A DNA stretch of 64,000 nt from Marsupella aquatica (Eukaryota > Plantae > Marchantiophyta): the NCBI GenBank assembly GCA_973895155.1, contig OZ316893.1, forward strand, positions 12,664,359-12,728,358, read 5' to 3'. Made by a program: the position numbers and the translations under genes. Position 1 is the first letter of the stretch. Each line of letters starts with the position of its first letter. This document shows, piece after piece, positions 1 through 12,990 of the stretch. The notes under the pieces were generated by a model, which saw only the letters and a program-made list of their open reading frames with translations, was not told the origin of the DNA and made no database searches.

Positions 1-71
1 CATAGTTTAGAATAGTGTTTGGCATTATGTATGATAATCTTATGGTTTATAATCTGTGTAACCTAATTGTA

Positions 72-300
72 GTGACCCTAATTTTATGGTTGGGTTTAGG
101 GTATTATATTAGATAAGTTATATATGTGTGCCCTAAATATAGGTTATAAGGTGTACCCTAATTTCATGATTTAGTTTAGGGTATTATATTAGATAAGTTA
201 TATATGTGTGCCCTAAATATAGGTTATAAGGTGTACCCTAATTTCATGGTTTGGTTTAGGGTATTATATTAGATAAGTTATATAAGTTAGATAAGTTATA
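72..300. repeat. 80-bp tandem repeat, about 3 copies
   Basis: GTATTATATTAGATAAGTTATATA recurs at 101, 181 and 261. Confidence 0.85.
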
Positions 301-367
301 TATATGTCAAAACTATGAGTACATGGAACTAATAACTATAAATGAGTAATTGAGAGAGTGTCCGCAC

Positions 368-733
368 CTGATATGGTCGTGAAGGCTGACCTGGATCCTG
401 CTGAGCGGTGGGCGATGGTACTGCCTCAGGCGGAATTTGAGCTGCCTCCGCTTCTCGCCATGCCCGAAGCTCTTGAACCACGGGTCGCACTCGATCGAGC
501 AGCCATGTCACAACGGTAGAGTGTGTTGTGTCTGGTCCAAGCAAGCCTCGGAGGTCCTCCCACTCATCCCACCGTTCAAGTGGGACCCGGATTTCTGGCT
601 TGGCATCCGGTCTCCGTCTCTTCTTGTAATCTATATCATCACTCGGATAACGCTGTCTAGGTGGACCCCCTCCCCTTGGGCGACGTTTCCGCCTCCCATC
701 TGGGAGATCCGGGGGCTGACCCCCGGTGTTCAT
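368..733 (-). CDS. Probable first exon of an unknown, possibly transposon-encoded protein; gene runs off the window
   Basis: ATG-started ORF with basic NLS-like tracts (RRKRR, KKRRR) and a helical segment RWDEWEDLRGLLG..HSTVVTWLLDR. A plausible donor CAG|GTGCG near 368 leads into the AT-rich repeat. Confidence 0.4.
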
Positions 734-1097
734 AGAACCCTACCCTAACCCTAACCCTAACCTCTAAGAAAATACCCCTAACCTCTACAACAGAGACCGA
801 ATGCCAAGCCAAACCCGGTAAAACAAAAAATAAATTGACAAAAATAAATGAATGGGCAAATCCAAAGGGAAAGAGAAGAGAAGAGAAAAGAAAAAGTACC
901 TTGAGAAGTCAATTTGCAAATGAGGCATTGTGTACCCACATTGCCCCTTTTGCCCTCATGCCCCTCCTCCCCACTGCCTGGTACGTACACCTACTGAAAC
1001 CCTAGGAAGACCTTCAGGTGGCGGCTGTTTTATCTGTTTTGGCTCTATTTTGGCACCCCCATAGGGAGAGCAATCACGGATGCAAAACATGCACGGT

Positions 1098-1170
1098 TTC
1101 CACAGCAGGATTTGAACCTCGAACCTGCTGCTTGGGAGGCAGAAGCACTAACCAGTGAACCAAGAGGACT
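1098..1170 (-). pseudogene. tRNA-derived sequence (Gly-CCC-like pseudo-tRNA or SINE head)
   Basis: On the minus strand: A-box TGGTTCACTGG, anticodon arm CTGC-CTCCCAA-GCAG, B-box GGTTCAAATCC. The acceptor stem does not pair. Confidence 0.5.
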
Positions 1171-4100
1171 CTTCAGAGCATAGCTACTATCAACTATAAA
1201 TAAAGTCATCCGAAAGATAGCAATCCTAACCGGCCCAGGCGAGGCTCTTGTTGGACCTGCTATGGGCGGATGCCCGCACAGGTTTCTTCACCCGGTCGCC
1301 CGATAGTACTCCGGGCCACCTGTCCCTGCCCGACCTGCCCGAAAATTCAAATTTCAAATTTTTGGGCTTCCACCAATCACATTGCTTGGATAGTTTTTTT
1401 CATTTTTTTCACTCATTTTTCACTATTTCAAGATCTGGTTTTTCCTGAGACGTAGATCTAGGAGAGACCTCCATTTTGAGTCATAGATTGGCTCATTTGA
1501 CGAACGGACGAAAATGATCAGGCTCCTGATCGGAGGGCTGCGGAAGGGCGCTCGTCCGCGGACACCACAATCGCATTTTGGGAGTGACTACTCCGGGTCA
1601 CCCGGAGTATTTTATACAGTGAAAGGGTCAAAACAATGAGGTACACGAGGTTCATACAGTGGCATTATACCAGTATACGACAATGACGTAAAAGGAAAAG
1701 GCCAATTAAACTGAGGCAAAGTGACCTGAATCTGTTTAATTATCATTTATCCATTCGCCTCCCAACTTGTCTGCCACGCGCGGCTACCCCCTTCCCCATG
1801 AAACTTAATCCGCCTCTCCCCAGGATTTGTAGCTTAAGTTGTAGCAGTCTGCTCTTATCCGCCCCCACAACAGATTAGGTCCTTTCAGCGCTTCGAGAAC
1901 GCGGGGGAAGTGGGCGGAGGCTATAGCAAAAAAATCACTTTTTTCCTCTCACTCAAGCGTGCTTTTTGTTGAAAGGTCCGAGAAAGCGCAAAGGGACGGA
2001 AACATGGCTGTAGGATCGAACGTGTAACAGAAGGCAACCACAGTGTGTACAGTGTCTTCTTTGTATCCCTGCATTAGGGGTGGAAACTGCAGTGAACTCG
2101 ATATAATAAAGCTAATTGCTGGGGTAATGTACCAATTAAGGATGAGGGTTCTCTGCGCGCTGTCGATTTAGTAGCAGGAGTTTTACTGTATGGGCACATC
2201 ACTAACGCTCGGACCGGACGACAAGCTTTAGTTTGTTCTTCAATGCAGCCAACACTTCAGGACTTTGGATGGTTCTAGATATTCCATATTGCTAAACCAT
2301 GCATAAAAGTAAAAGTACAACGTACGTAAGCACGTATCCACCAAGCCGCCAGGAAAGACAACACTCGATGTCAGTTTGCATATGTGCGTGGAGAACTGCA
2401 GGATCAGTCTTGCTGCGCGAATAAAGTTTTTTGTGGTCCTTCGGAAGTTTCTCTTCAATCATTGCAACAATCCTTTTCAGTATGTACTATATGGAAAATG
2501 GAATCGATCGTTCATGCAGTCTCTGTAATTCTTCCACTTGGCTCAGTAAGATCTCTTCCGATCCCAACGACGTAGCTTTTGCTATATCTATTTATGCTTG
2601 CAGTGGATATTGTTTCAGTACCCCCGTCCAGGACATTCTTCCATCTAATATCCTGCAGCCTGATTACGTCCCTAACCAGAAACCTCCAGGTTACCGCATA
2701 CTGAACTTAAGAAAAGTGATATCCATACTTTAATTGCAGCTCATCGGATTTGAGACTGTTCGAGCTCAAGATCAGTGTCTTTCACCTGGATTCTGCTACT
2801 CGTGTAATGAACTTCCTGTTCTTCTTCGTGACCTGGAATTGAGTTAAAAAGAAATTCACCTATTTCAAGTAAATCAAATGAAATCTCAATATGGAATGAA
2901 TTGAAACATCGACAGGCTCTTCTGTTGTTATACGTTCACTTGAGGCTCTTTCCCTGACTATATGTAACTGTGAGTCGGCCCCTTTTGGAAAAAAAGCTAA
3001 TTCGTAAATTAACTCAGCCCAGAGTTCAGAATACATCGAAATTCTTCAAATGATTATTTATTGTTATTGGTCTATATTTATCTTCCACTAGGTTTCTTTG
3101 ATTGGATCGAGCTAAATAATGAACAATGTCACATTACATGGCTTCAGCAGTACGTTAGTCAAGTCCATCAGGTAGTTCGCAAATGCGCAAAATGCAGTGA
3201 TTTCAATTCACTGGACACGGGCTCATCTCTTTAGGCGCATGCCTGGTACTTTTCACACTTGTGCCTTTTTGTGCAGAAATTTTCTTAAGCATTCACATGC
3301 CCAAATTAAGTTATTGACATTGCCTGCGGTAGGAGTTCAAACAGGATATGCATTCACATAGTTACAGTAGGTCAAGTACACAGCTTACAAGTCAACTCGA
3401 AAAGTTGGTGTTGAGAGGAGGGCATCTCAAACCTTAGGGTCAGCGAAAACTAACCTGTCCCGTCTCCAGTAGGAGGGTTCGGCGGGGTGTTAGCACTGTC
3501 ACTCTCCTTTGTTCCTGGGAGCCCATGGCCACAACCAGAGGCAAAATTAAGACCATTGAGCCTAGAACCCCAAGGTCCCGGTTCAATCCTCGCTACACAC
3601 CCAACGGGTGTATATTGTATATGTGTAGGGGTGGGTACGGAATACCAAATGTTGCACATTGTTTTTCTTAGTAGAACACTCATATTTTACAAAATATATA
3701 AGATAAAGGGTATTGTATTTTATTTAAATTGTGAAATCATACAAGTTCCAACAAAAAAAATCACTCTCCTTTGTTAAAAAAGGGGAGATATTTAGGGACT
3801 ATGAATAATAGGTTGGACAAAACAATTTCATAGGGTTCAATGGTGGGTAAATAAAAGTTTGTTTTTTTAGATTTAGGCTTGAAAATTTTGTAAAAATGTT
3901 GGACATATTATGTTCTGGAAGTGCGGATCACTTTTATGGAAGAAGTGAAGATGGCAAGGAAACATCAAGGAGAATATTTATAGGGTGACTTTTAATTCAA
4001 AACAAAAGGTTTAAAAGAGTGACATCAAAAACAAATTAACAATATACAATGATGTATGAATATTTTACTTTCCAACAAAAAATTTTCACAAAAAAATATT

Positions 4101-6861
4101 TATGCAAAAGAAACCTCAAAAATAAGAGTATGTGACCGCAGAACCACAAATAAATTAAAGTTTTGACCAGTGCACCAAACAAAAAATTGCACCGCCTACA
4201 AAAAAAAGTTTGCACACAAAACTCGCACTAAAAAAAACCCGCCCCATCAAAAAATATGTGCATGTGAACCTATAAATTTTGGGATGATAATTTTACTCGC
4301 AAAAAAAAACAAACCACCCACCCTGACATTCAGGGACCAATGGGGACATAGCCAATGATTACATTTAACTATGGTTACATGACATGGATTTCACTAGACA
4401 TTGTATTGTATAGTATTGTATACATTGTACCTCTTTGCTATAATGGAATCAATGCATTCTTTCTCCAACATGTTGTGGTTATTTGGTGAAAGAATACCAA
4501 GCCTACTTACTTGCTTGGCCAATTATTTGTGTTACTTTGGCTTATTGGCATGAATATTGCATATTACCAGTGAAGAAATAAGTGATAGAGGTTACAATTG
4601 CTTAGTGACATGAGAGGGACGAATTGGATGTAGAGACTACCAATGGAGAGACTTCACCAAAATGAACCAATGATGAAGTATCTCAAGATTTTGCTAGGAA
4701 GTAGACTCTGTAGTTGCGAATTTGAGAGGTCAGAGCCCATTTGGGGAGTTGCTTAATGTGAAGTCCCCCACAAATACGTGAGAATAAACAATTATTCTAC
4801 ATACACAATGTATCAATTAAATTCAAAACCATTTGCATCTTTTTTATACAAATTTGAAAAAAAATGAGTACCTTAATAATTCATAATTTTGTCAAAATTA
4901 GATTATTAAATATCTTTGGTACAGTCAAGTCTTTGGTTATAATTAGTAGCCCAACTATATTTAAAAGATTAGCTTTCTCTTTTTGCATCACATTCTAATA
5001 TTCTAACTTGCCAATGATTCCCTAGGGTAGAGTCCAAAACATCTTTGAATCTACTCTTACTTGGCCTAGCTACTAATGTTCATATATAGGAGACGAGGAA
5101 CAATGTGAGTGAAGGTGATATTAATTGGCAGATGAAAGTAGTAGTGGATTTCATTCATCTGCACCTAGTACTCAGAGGTGCCCCCCCCCCCCCCCCACTG
5201 GGTTTCCCCAATCCTACTATGGTACCAATTAAGAGAGGATAAACTTGAAACTGAAAGACATGAAGAACGTATTATTAACTTTTAGCTGCCAGTACTACAG
5301 CCATGCTGTCCAATATATGCAGAAAAACAAGGGCTATATAGGACACAATTTTAATTTACAACATGAATGGTTTATGAAAGTGAAAGGAAGGAGCTGCCCC
5401 TCAAAAAAGTGGAGCAACCTAGAAATTTTTGAAAAGGCTGTGAACCAAACACTAAGAAGGTAAATCATAATAAAATGGCTCACATTTTTGTTACAAGGTA
5501 TGTGTATGATTCGTACGATGGGAGTTCTTAACAATATGCCCACAGTCATGCAATAAGCTAGGTGAGATGATGAGGCAACCATAGTAGATTAAGCCTTTAA
5601 TTTGTACAACTTTATTTACAATGTCTACCAAATTGTAGCACACTGCAATGGAAGATAGAAACAATTGCTCTTCTGAAAATGGTTTGACTAGGTTTGCGGT
5701 CCCCCCCCTAACCTCCATTATTTCCTCTTGTATCTTTGTCGTAATCCTATTTGCATCTTTCTTCTTAGAAGACACATCTAACAAAGGAATACGAACTAGA
5801 GTTATAGCTTGCACTGAGGAAAGTAAATTAGTCTACGTTCCAACAGCAGCATCCAAATCAAGTAGGAGATTTCATACTCAGGTTAGGCCTTGATTGCTTC
5901 TGAACTTTGTCATTTTATAGATCATAGGTGCAACAAATAATAATTCATCATCAATTATAGCAAAAGACCCTCTAAGTATGGGTTCTTGTGTCAATGAAAG
6001 TAGGGTTAAAGGGTAGTGATGTTGTTATGGCTCAAGAGCTATGATAGTTGCAAAAATGGCTTTGAGATCCTCCAAAGCGAGAAGTAATGCCCTCAAGTGC
6101 ATAATGTAAGAAATTATGGTTAATCAATCTACAACATGCTCACCATAGTTTATTGGTTATTCTTGTGAGCCAATTAAGAACTCGTCCCCTTCTGGATACT
6201 TAAGAGCTCCAAGGACATATGAGCGGGTATGAGTTGAATCTTCTCATCTTCATTTCCTTATTGCAATAGTAGATTGTAGAACGGGTTTGATCAACACTTA
6301 AGGTCTGGAATTTCATGCAACGGTGCTCCATATGGAAAACTTGGGGTCCAACAACTTAGCACGTATGGATGAATAGTTTAATTTGCAAAATAACCTCAAA
6401 TAATCGATGTTTACACTAGGTCTTTTTGATGCACAAATTAAAAGAGCCCATTGTCCACCCTCCTCTGCTCTACTCTACTTTTAATTTTTCGGCCAAATTC
6501 AAAGCCTTGTTGCTCGGATGATTCTCTTGCGACTACTGTATGTTGAAGGTGAGCCCCAACAAGCTCTTCTTGATAATATCCTCTTGTCCAACTGAGATCA
6601 TCAGTACATTGTCAAATAACAAAATAATTGCAATAGTCCTGATCACTATATAGAGAACTAACTTTTAACGTCTGATAGCAAGTTGGTCCACCTCCATGCC
6701 AAGGTGCTAACTAAGCCATGCAGAGGTGGCACTCCACAACTATTGCTCACAAAAAGGCCTCTACTTAGACAAATTTAGTGACTCTTGCATTCGGAGGGTT
6801 AAGATATGCATACTCAATGATTTGAGAAATAGCGTTACCAAAATGCAGATTCAGGGAAACA

Positions 6862-7530
6862 TTGGATTTGAGGGACGGGAGGATTAATTTCATGAAAATT
6901 TAAGACAAACAAATGAGGCACAATGTATGGTCTAAAATAATATTTTGGCAGTTGGGGGCAGTATGAACTATTAGGGGGCGCGCAGGCGGTGTGTGATAAA
7001 GTGATTATTCCTAGAAGGGGTTTAAGTATGAAATTGAGAAATTTCCAAACTTTTCAAACCTTACATAGTGCATTATGGGGACGGAAAGATCTTTGAGTAA
7101 CGTCAAGATGGCAAAGACATTGTGGCCGACCCAAATATTAGTGACGTCCCTTGAGTAGGGAGGTCCAGCCTATGACCAAAGAATGGCTTTTGCTTAAAGC
7201 AATATTGGATTTGAGGGACAAGAGTATTTCATGCAAATTTAAGACAAACAAACGAGGCAGAGTGTATGGTCTAAAATAATATTTTGGCAGTTTGGGGCAT
7301 TGTGAACTATCAACTATTGCTAGGGGCAGGAGGTGTGTGATATAGTGGTTATTCCTAGAAGGGGTATAAAGTATTAAATTGAGAAATTTTTTAACTTTTC
7401 AAACCTTACATGGTGTTTAATGAGGACGGCAATATCTTTGGGTAAAGTTAAGATGACAAAGACATTGTGGTCGGCCCAAATATTAGTTATGTTCCTTGAG
7501 TAGGGAGGTCCAGCCTATGACCAAAGAACG
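6862..7530. repeat. Diverged tandem duplication, about 340-bp unit, 2 copies
   Basis: ATTGGATTTGAGGGAC...GAGTAGGGAGGTCCAGCCTATGACCAAAGAA starts at 6862 and at 7204. Confidence 0.85.
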
Positions 7531-7847
7531 GACTTAATTCGCTTAACCCAAGGCGGTCAGGACGGCAAGAAGGTGAAGTCCCCTTTGTAAAGACATCTGA
7601 GTGGGACGCCCACCATTTCTCAGCATAAACGGCCAAGAGAGACCGGGAGGAGCCAAAAGAGGCTTGGATTTTACCTTGCACATATGTAAGCTTCCACAAT
7701 CCTAGTGGATCAATTGTTTGAGTTTTTCTTGTCTACATTGTATTAAGGCCAAAGTAACCTTGGAAGATTACATGAATAGATACAAAAGACTTTTGTTATA
7801 GTTTCATTTATCATAGTGAATTGTTGTCCATGATCCACAAAGAAGGT

Positions 7848-10800
7848 TGTCGCGCCCCTAACCTGGGCCTTAAATCCAGTTTAGTGCCATGGTGCGACCT
7901 CGACCACCAGGAGGGGTGAGGGTTCGGGCAAGGAGGTGTGTAGTGACCTCTATTAGCCCTAAGTCGGGCTAAGTCGATATACTTATTGGTATAACACCTG
8001 CGTAATTCGTACTAGTCATAGGTATATTTGTTTTCCACCGCTGGAATATTCCCTCAGTTAGTGACTCAGACTAACTCCCGGCTTGGGGCCTTTCAAGCCA
8101 TCGACACGACAGGACCTTGCGACACACAATGAGTGGCAATCCCTACCATTACTCCGCACCCGGTACGTCCCTTAAAATGGCGCCTTTGCCCAGACAAAGC
8201 ATACACACAACACCAGTTACTTGCGGAAACATTAGGGGGAAAAGACTACATTTACTCAGCGAAACATCAGTTTACATGGTTGACTCGACTTCAAAGGGGG
8301 TCAGCAGGCCCAATGGCAGTCGATGCCCAGTCTCTACGAGGCCCTGCCTCGCACTTGCCCAGCAAGCTCGACTCTGGCTCTCACTCCTTGGTGCGCCCTG
8401 ACCTTGCTCAGGCCGGGACTCCCCGTGCCTCACCTTTCTTTTGCTGAGATAACTAAGCCCTTTTCCCCCCTTCCATAGCGGAAGGGGAAGCCTAAATACT
8501 ACAACTGCGGAAGGGAACCGGAGGATGCTACCTTTCGGGATACTACCTACTAACTAACTACCTTTTGACTAACGGGCCGTGCCGCACTGACAGATTGACC
8601 ATCGACGACAAGGGTGTCGACCGGAATGGCAGCGGCCAAGCCTACTGACAAATTCTAGTCCGTTGATGGACTCCATCCTACGTTGGCTGATCTTAACTGA
8701 TCCGGCCCTAATTCTTCCTACTGCCGCTAATCGGCGCCTAATGACAGCTATTCTGTCGTTACACCTAACCAAAAGATGCCGCTGTCTTAACCGCCTCGCG
8801 CGGCGCCTGCTTCCACCCTTCGCTAACCACCCCTTATGTGTGTGCTGTGGTTGGACCAGGGCTGGTCCCCTTGTCGGGGCGAGGCCTCGAGCCACCTTGA
8901 TCAGAAGTGGGCCCAGGTTTTCCCCGTTGGAGGACGAGCAGGGTAACGTGGTCCTGCAAAGCCTTGTTGTCCCGTACTGCCTCCTCCACCTCATTTGCAG
9001 CTTCATCGGCCTCGGTCTGGAGCCGCGCTACCTCCAGATTGAGCTGGTTGATGGAGTCGTGATGGATCTGGTCCTGCGCTAGCAATTTATCTCGTTCGAC
9101 GGAGAGACTAGCCACCTGCTGTGCTGCCCGCAAGAATTGTTTGTTGAGGTCGGTCAGGCTGGTAACCCAAGCCGAAGATTCTGAGCGTAATTGAAGCACA
9201 GTGTCATCCAGCTTCTTGAGTTCGGCCTGCGCTCCGCTTAACTCCTGGGTTAGTCCGTCCCTCTATTCGACGGTGCGGACTAACTCTTCGCGGCGGTTAG
9301 TTGCCTCCTCCTTGAGGTGCTCTACCAGCATCTGGAGGCGCCCGATCTCATTCCCCTTCGCCATGAGTTCTTCTTCCAAGCGGCTTACGATCCGTGGTTG
9401 GTGCTCTAACATGAAGAAGGCTGGTTGAAAGTACGTCGAGACCTGTTGTCCGATGTATGTCGCCAGCTCCCTAGACATAGTCTGGCTAAACTTCTGGACC
9501 AGGTCGTAGGCCGTGGTCCCCGGGGCTACTTGGTAGTCCTCCATCCTCTCGGGTACTGGTGGCTCCTCGGGTGGAGCAACGATCTCCTCCGTAGTCAGCG
9601 CTGGGGAGGGGAAGGTATCTTCAGGTGGTGGAGGGATTGGGGGTGGTTGTACTGCGGGTAGTGGAGGCTCAACGGAAGGGGGCGGCAGAATTTCCACGGG
9701 AGGAGGTGGTGGAGTATTAGTCGGGGTTTTCGGCTCGGGGTTTGCCCGAGGGACGGTAGTCCGCGTGCTCGGGGTTGCCTCCTCGGGGGTGGGGGTGACA
9801 TTAGTCGGGGTTGAGGTGGCCATATTCTTTCCTCTGGCCTCCCGCCGTGCCTTGTACCAGGCGAGGATAATGGCGATATGACTTCCCAAGTAAGTCTTCC
9901 CCCCAATAGCCATACCACCCTGAGCCCGCTTCAGCTCCCCCGAGAATCTTCGGTAGAAGAATTGGGCCCAGTTTCGCCGTTTGTACTGTTCCACTTGTAC
10001 GATCGTGCAGAGGGAAATCTCGGATTGCGGCTCAATCATGTGTAGGGTAGTCCGTATGAAGTTAAGTCGCTCCATGCAGGTTAAGTTGGTACACGCTCCC
10101 TGCTTGTATCCATTGTCCGTCTTACCCTCGGGTTTGAAGTGCCGCGGTGTATACTCCTTATCCCAAATTCGGATTTCAATCGGCACCGGCCCGGTTGGTA
10201 GGCAAAAGATTTGCGTTAACCGATGCTCCGTGAGTGATAAGGCCTGCCCCGAAACCTTGGTGGTCGACGCATCAGTGTCAAAATTGGAGATGAACTCACA
10301 AATCTCCTTCGGCGGGGCGGCGCACGGTCTCCATAGCAAGTGAGCGAACTGCTCCAACTGATGCTCCTTAAGATAGTCCGCATGTTCAAGTTTCTTGATC
10401 GCGATCCAGACTACTTCGGGGACGCGGATTACCTGTAACAAGTTGGACTTCGGGTTATCTGGGGGCCGTCGGGTCTGGTTGGTCGGGGGGTTTGCCGGGG
10501 TAGGTGCAGGCGCGGCGTTGGTTCGCGTTGTTGATTCAGGGGCCGTCGTAGTCCTTGGCCGCTTACGAGGACGCTGTTCGAGTTGTGGACTAACTCATTC
10601 GGAACCCGAAGAACAATCTGTGTTGATTACTGGACGGACCTGGGACCGACTCGGCGGTACGCTGGTGGTCATCGGCTGAGGCACTGGTGGTGTCGGGGTA
10701 GCCATATCCCAGTTGAAGGCATTGGAGCTTTCCCCGAGGAACGTAAGATTACGCGTCGCTTCCCGTTGTCTGCTGATGTCTTCTTGGCGCTTTTTGGCTG

Positions 10801-11720
10801 CGATCTGCCGGTCTAGGTACCCTGGAATCTTGTCGAACTCCGCTTGAGTAAGCCGCTGGCTGCCCTTCAGCTTAAAGAACTTTGCTGGGACCTCAAGAAT
10901 CGCTTCTGCTACCGATCTAAGCCCTTCCTCGCTGAGATATAGTTCGGTGATGTAGTCTCACAGCTTGTTGTAGCTGGAATCCCTGGTGATGGCTGTCCTT
11001 TCGCAATTAACCAGTGCTACCTTGGTCACCAGTAAGTCTCGGAGAACTTAGCACCTACCTCGCCAAACAAGGTCCAAAACCCCAAGGCTATGAGGGTCAT
11101 ACTAACCTCGTAGTCCGGTTCATTGAGTCCACGGTCCCACCCGGCTGGTCTTTTTTCCTCGTGGAGGCCTCGATCATCCTGACTAAATCTCACCACATTC
11201 CGCTCTTCTCCCTCGATAGTCTCCTTGTAAAGATTGACTTGATTCGATCAGAAAGGCGAGTGGATGGCAACGTCCGCGAATTCCAAAAAGGTAGATATGA
11301 GCAAATGGCCCGCAGCGCCATCGGCTCCTCTCTTATGGAGGTGCCAGGATGAGCCCAAGCATGAGAAGGCCAGGCCGTTTGGTTATTGATAATGAGCTGA
11401 AGTCGGCGCCTCGGTCCAAGCGTGATTCCTCTAACTGATTTTTACTCCGCTGCCGCCACCGTACCTCGGTCGTGCGTAATAATCCTCTTCCTGAACTCAT
11501 AATTATTCGGTCATCTTAACCTACTCCTAATCTATTCATAATGGCAATAGACGGCTATACGTGCTATTCTACGCTATGGCTACGGTCCTAATGCCCGTAT
11601 AAGACCTAATCTACGATCTGGGTTCGGTTAAGTGACACGTTACCCGTATCACAAAGGTTGTTAGTTTGTCACCTTGATCAGCTCGCCCAACCAAAGGGCC
11701 CAATGTGTAGGCACAACCAC
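7848..11720. mobile_element. GC-rich retroelement-derived fragment with a long accessory ORF (Tat/Ogre-like by architecture)
   Basis: Sharp GC shift and a TGTCGC LTR-like start at 7848. No gag/pol seen and the boundaries are approximate. Confidence 0.4.
8834..10441 (-). pseudogene. Retroelement accessory ORF: N-terminal domain, Pro-rich linker, C-terminal coiled coil, with an internal stop
   Basis: ORFs 9263..10441 and 8834..9199 lie in the same frame, separated by a TAG. A related fragment is at about 24860-25560. Confidence 0.5.
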
Positions 11721-12394
11721 ATCAGCTAACAACTATCATGGCTAGTAGAAGCCACAACTCAAGAGGTCCACATTACTGATTAACAAAAATAAATGAAGAA
11801 TGAATTTGAGTAGTGCAGATCTATCAAACGAGGATCGTCTTGGTAGTAAGCATGTGTGTTTATGAGTGGCAAACTAAATGTGGACTTGGTTGTATTCTAA
11901 CTGTTTCAATACTAACTTGTGCTTGTCTTTGAAACCCACTTTGTTTACCCACTTCGGAATGCATTTATATGCATGCCCATTGCATTATTTACCTTGTGTT
12001 AATATTTCAAAACATATAGCTTAGGTGGCCCCAATTCATGCACATTTTTCCCTGAAAAGTGCCTATCTATGGCAAATTAATAGTAAGATGTGCCCCGGTC
12101 AGTCAGAACTGAATCAACTGCACAACTATTTGGGAGATATATAATATAATAAATGAAGTAGCTGACCGAGTTACAAAATTTACAAATGACTAAACATAGT
12201 CTAACTTCAAGTTCATGTCAATTATATAGGTCAGATTCATTTCTTCTATGGCTATGGAAAATTCAAAGACATTCTGATTAATGAACTAATTTAGTAACCT
12301 AGGTGTCCCTTGTTCATGACGATGTCCGGGTGACCGTGTTTTCTGGCAAGAGCATGTTGGTTCTTTTGAAGTTAACCTTGCATGCTCATAAGTT

Positions 12395-12809
12395 CTACAC
12401 TAAAATCAAAATTATAATTCTAGTAACAAGGGTAGTGGGTATTAAGAAAGGTTCAAGTGAAACTAAAATACTGTTAAACCCTACTTCACCATACTTGCGG
12501 ACCAACACATCACGAAAATTAGTTTTCATACGACATATGATCATAATATCTCCAAGAGAAAATGAAACAGGAATATCATCCAGACTCCTATTCAGATCCA
12601 TGACTTCAATAAAGGACAAAGATGATGCACTCCCACTCCTCTCGGTACGACACCACTGGGTATATTATTGGCTCGTTAGAAACCATAATAGCAGTTGCAA
12701 ACTGAGCTCCAAAATGATAGGTTAGATGTTGCCTCATAGATGGTTTGTCTAAAAGATGGACTCTAATCAAAAACGGATTACGAAGGGGAAGATCAGGGAG
12801 AACAAACAA
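12395..12809 (-). CDS. Tandem pair of small paralogous ORFs (A 12809-12606, B 12601-12395), function unknown
   Basis: Homologous at protein level to the ORF pair in the gypsy LTRs: LPLRNPFLIRVH vs LPLSNPFLIRIH, and PVSFSLGDI is identical. ORF A has no obvious ATG. Confidence 0.6.
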
Positions 12810-12990
12810 TTTAAGAGTTCAATCAAAGGCAAGACAAACAAAGAGTCTAATCCATAGCGAATTAACAGACACATGCAATATACATTAAACCCAAACTAAT
12901 AAAGATAATATAACTAGCAATTATATCTACTTTAAGATTAAAATAAAATGTAATACGTCATATTTTATAAGTTCCCTATAAAAACTTACT

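Noticed and set aside
743-762. (CCCTAA)3 telomere-like repeat
   Set aside because: Too short to be a telomere; short telo-box-like tracts are common near plant TE and gene starts.
3525-3600. tRNA gene suggested by the B-box-like GGTTCAATCC
   Set aside because: No convincing A-box or cloverleaf; at most a SINE remnant.
5245-5893. Short overlapping ORFs
   Set aside because: No recognisable domain or consistent frame.
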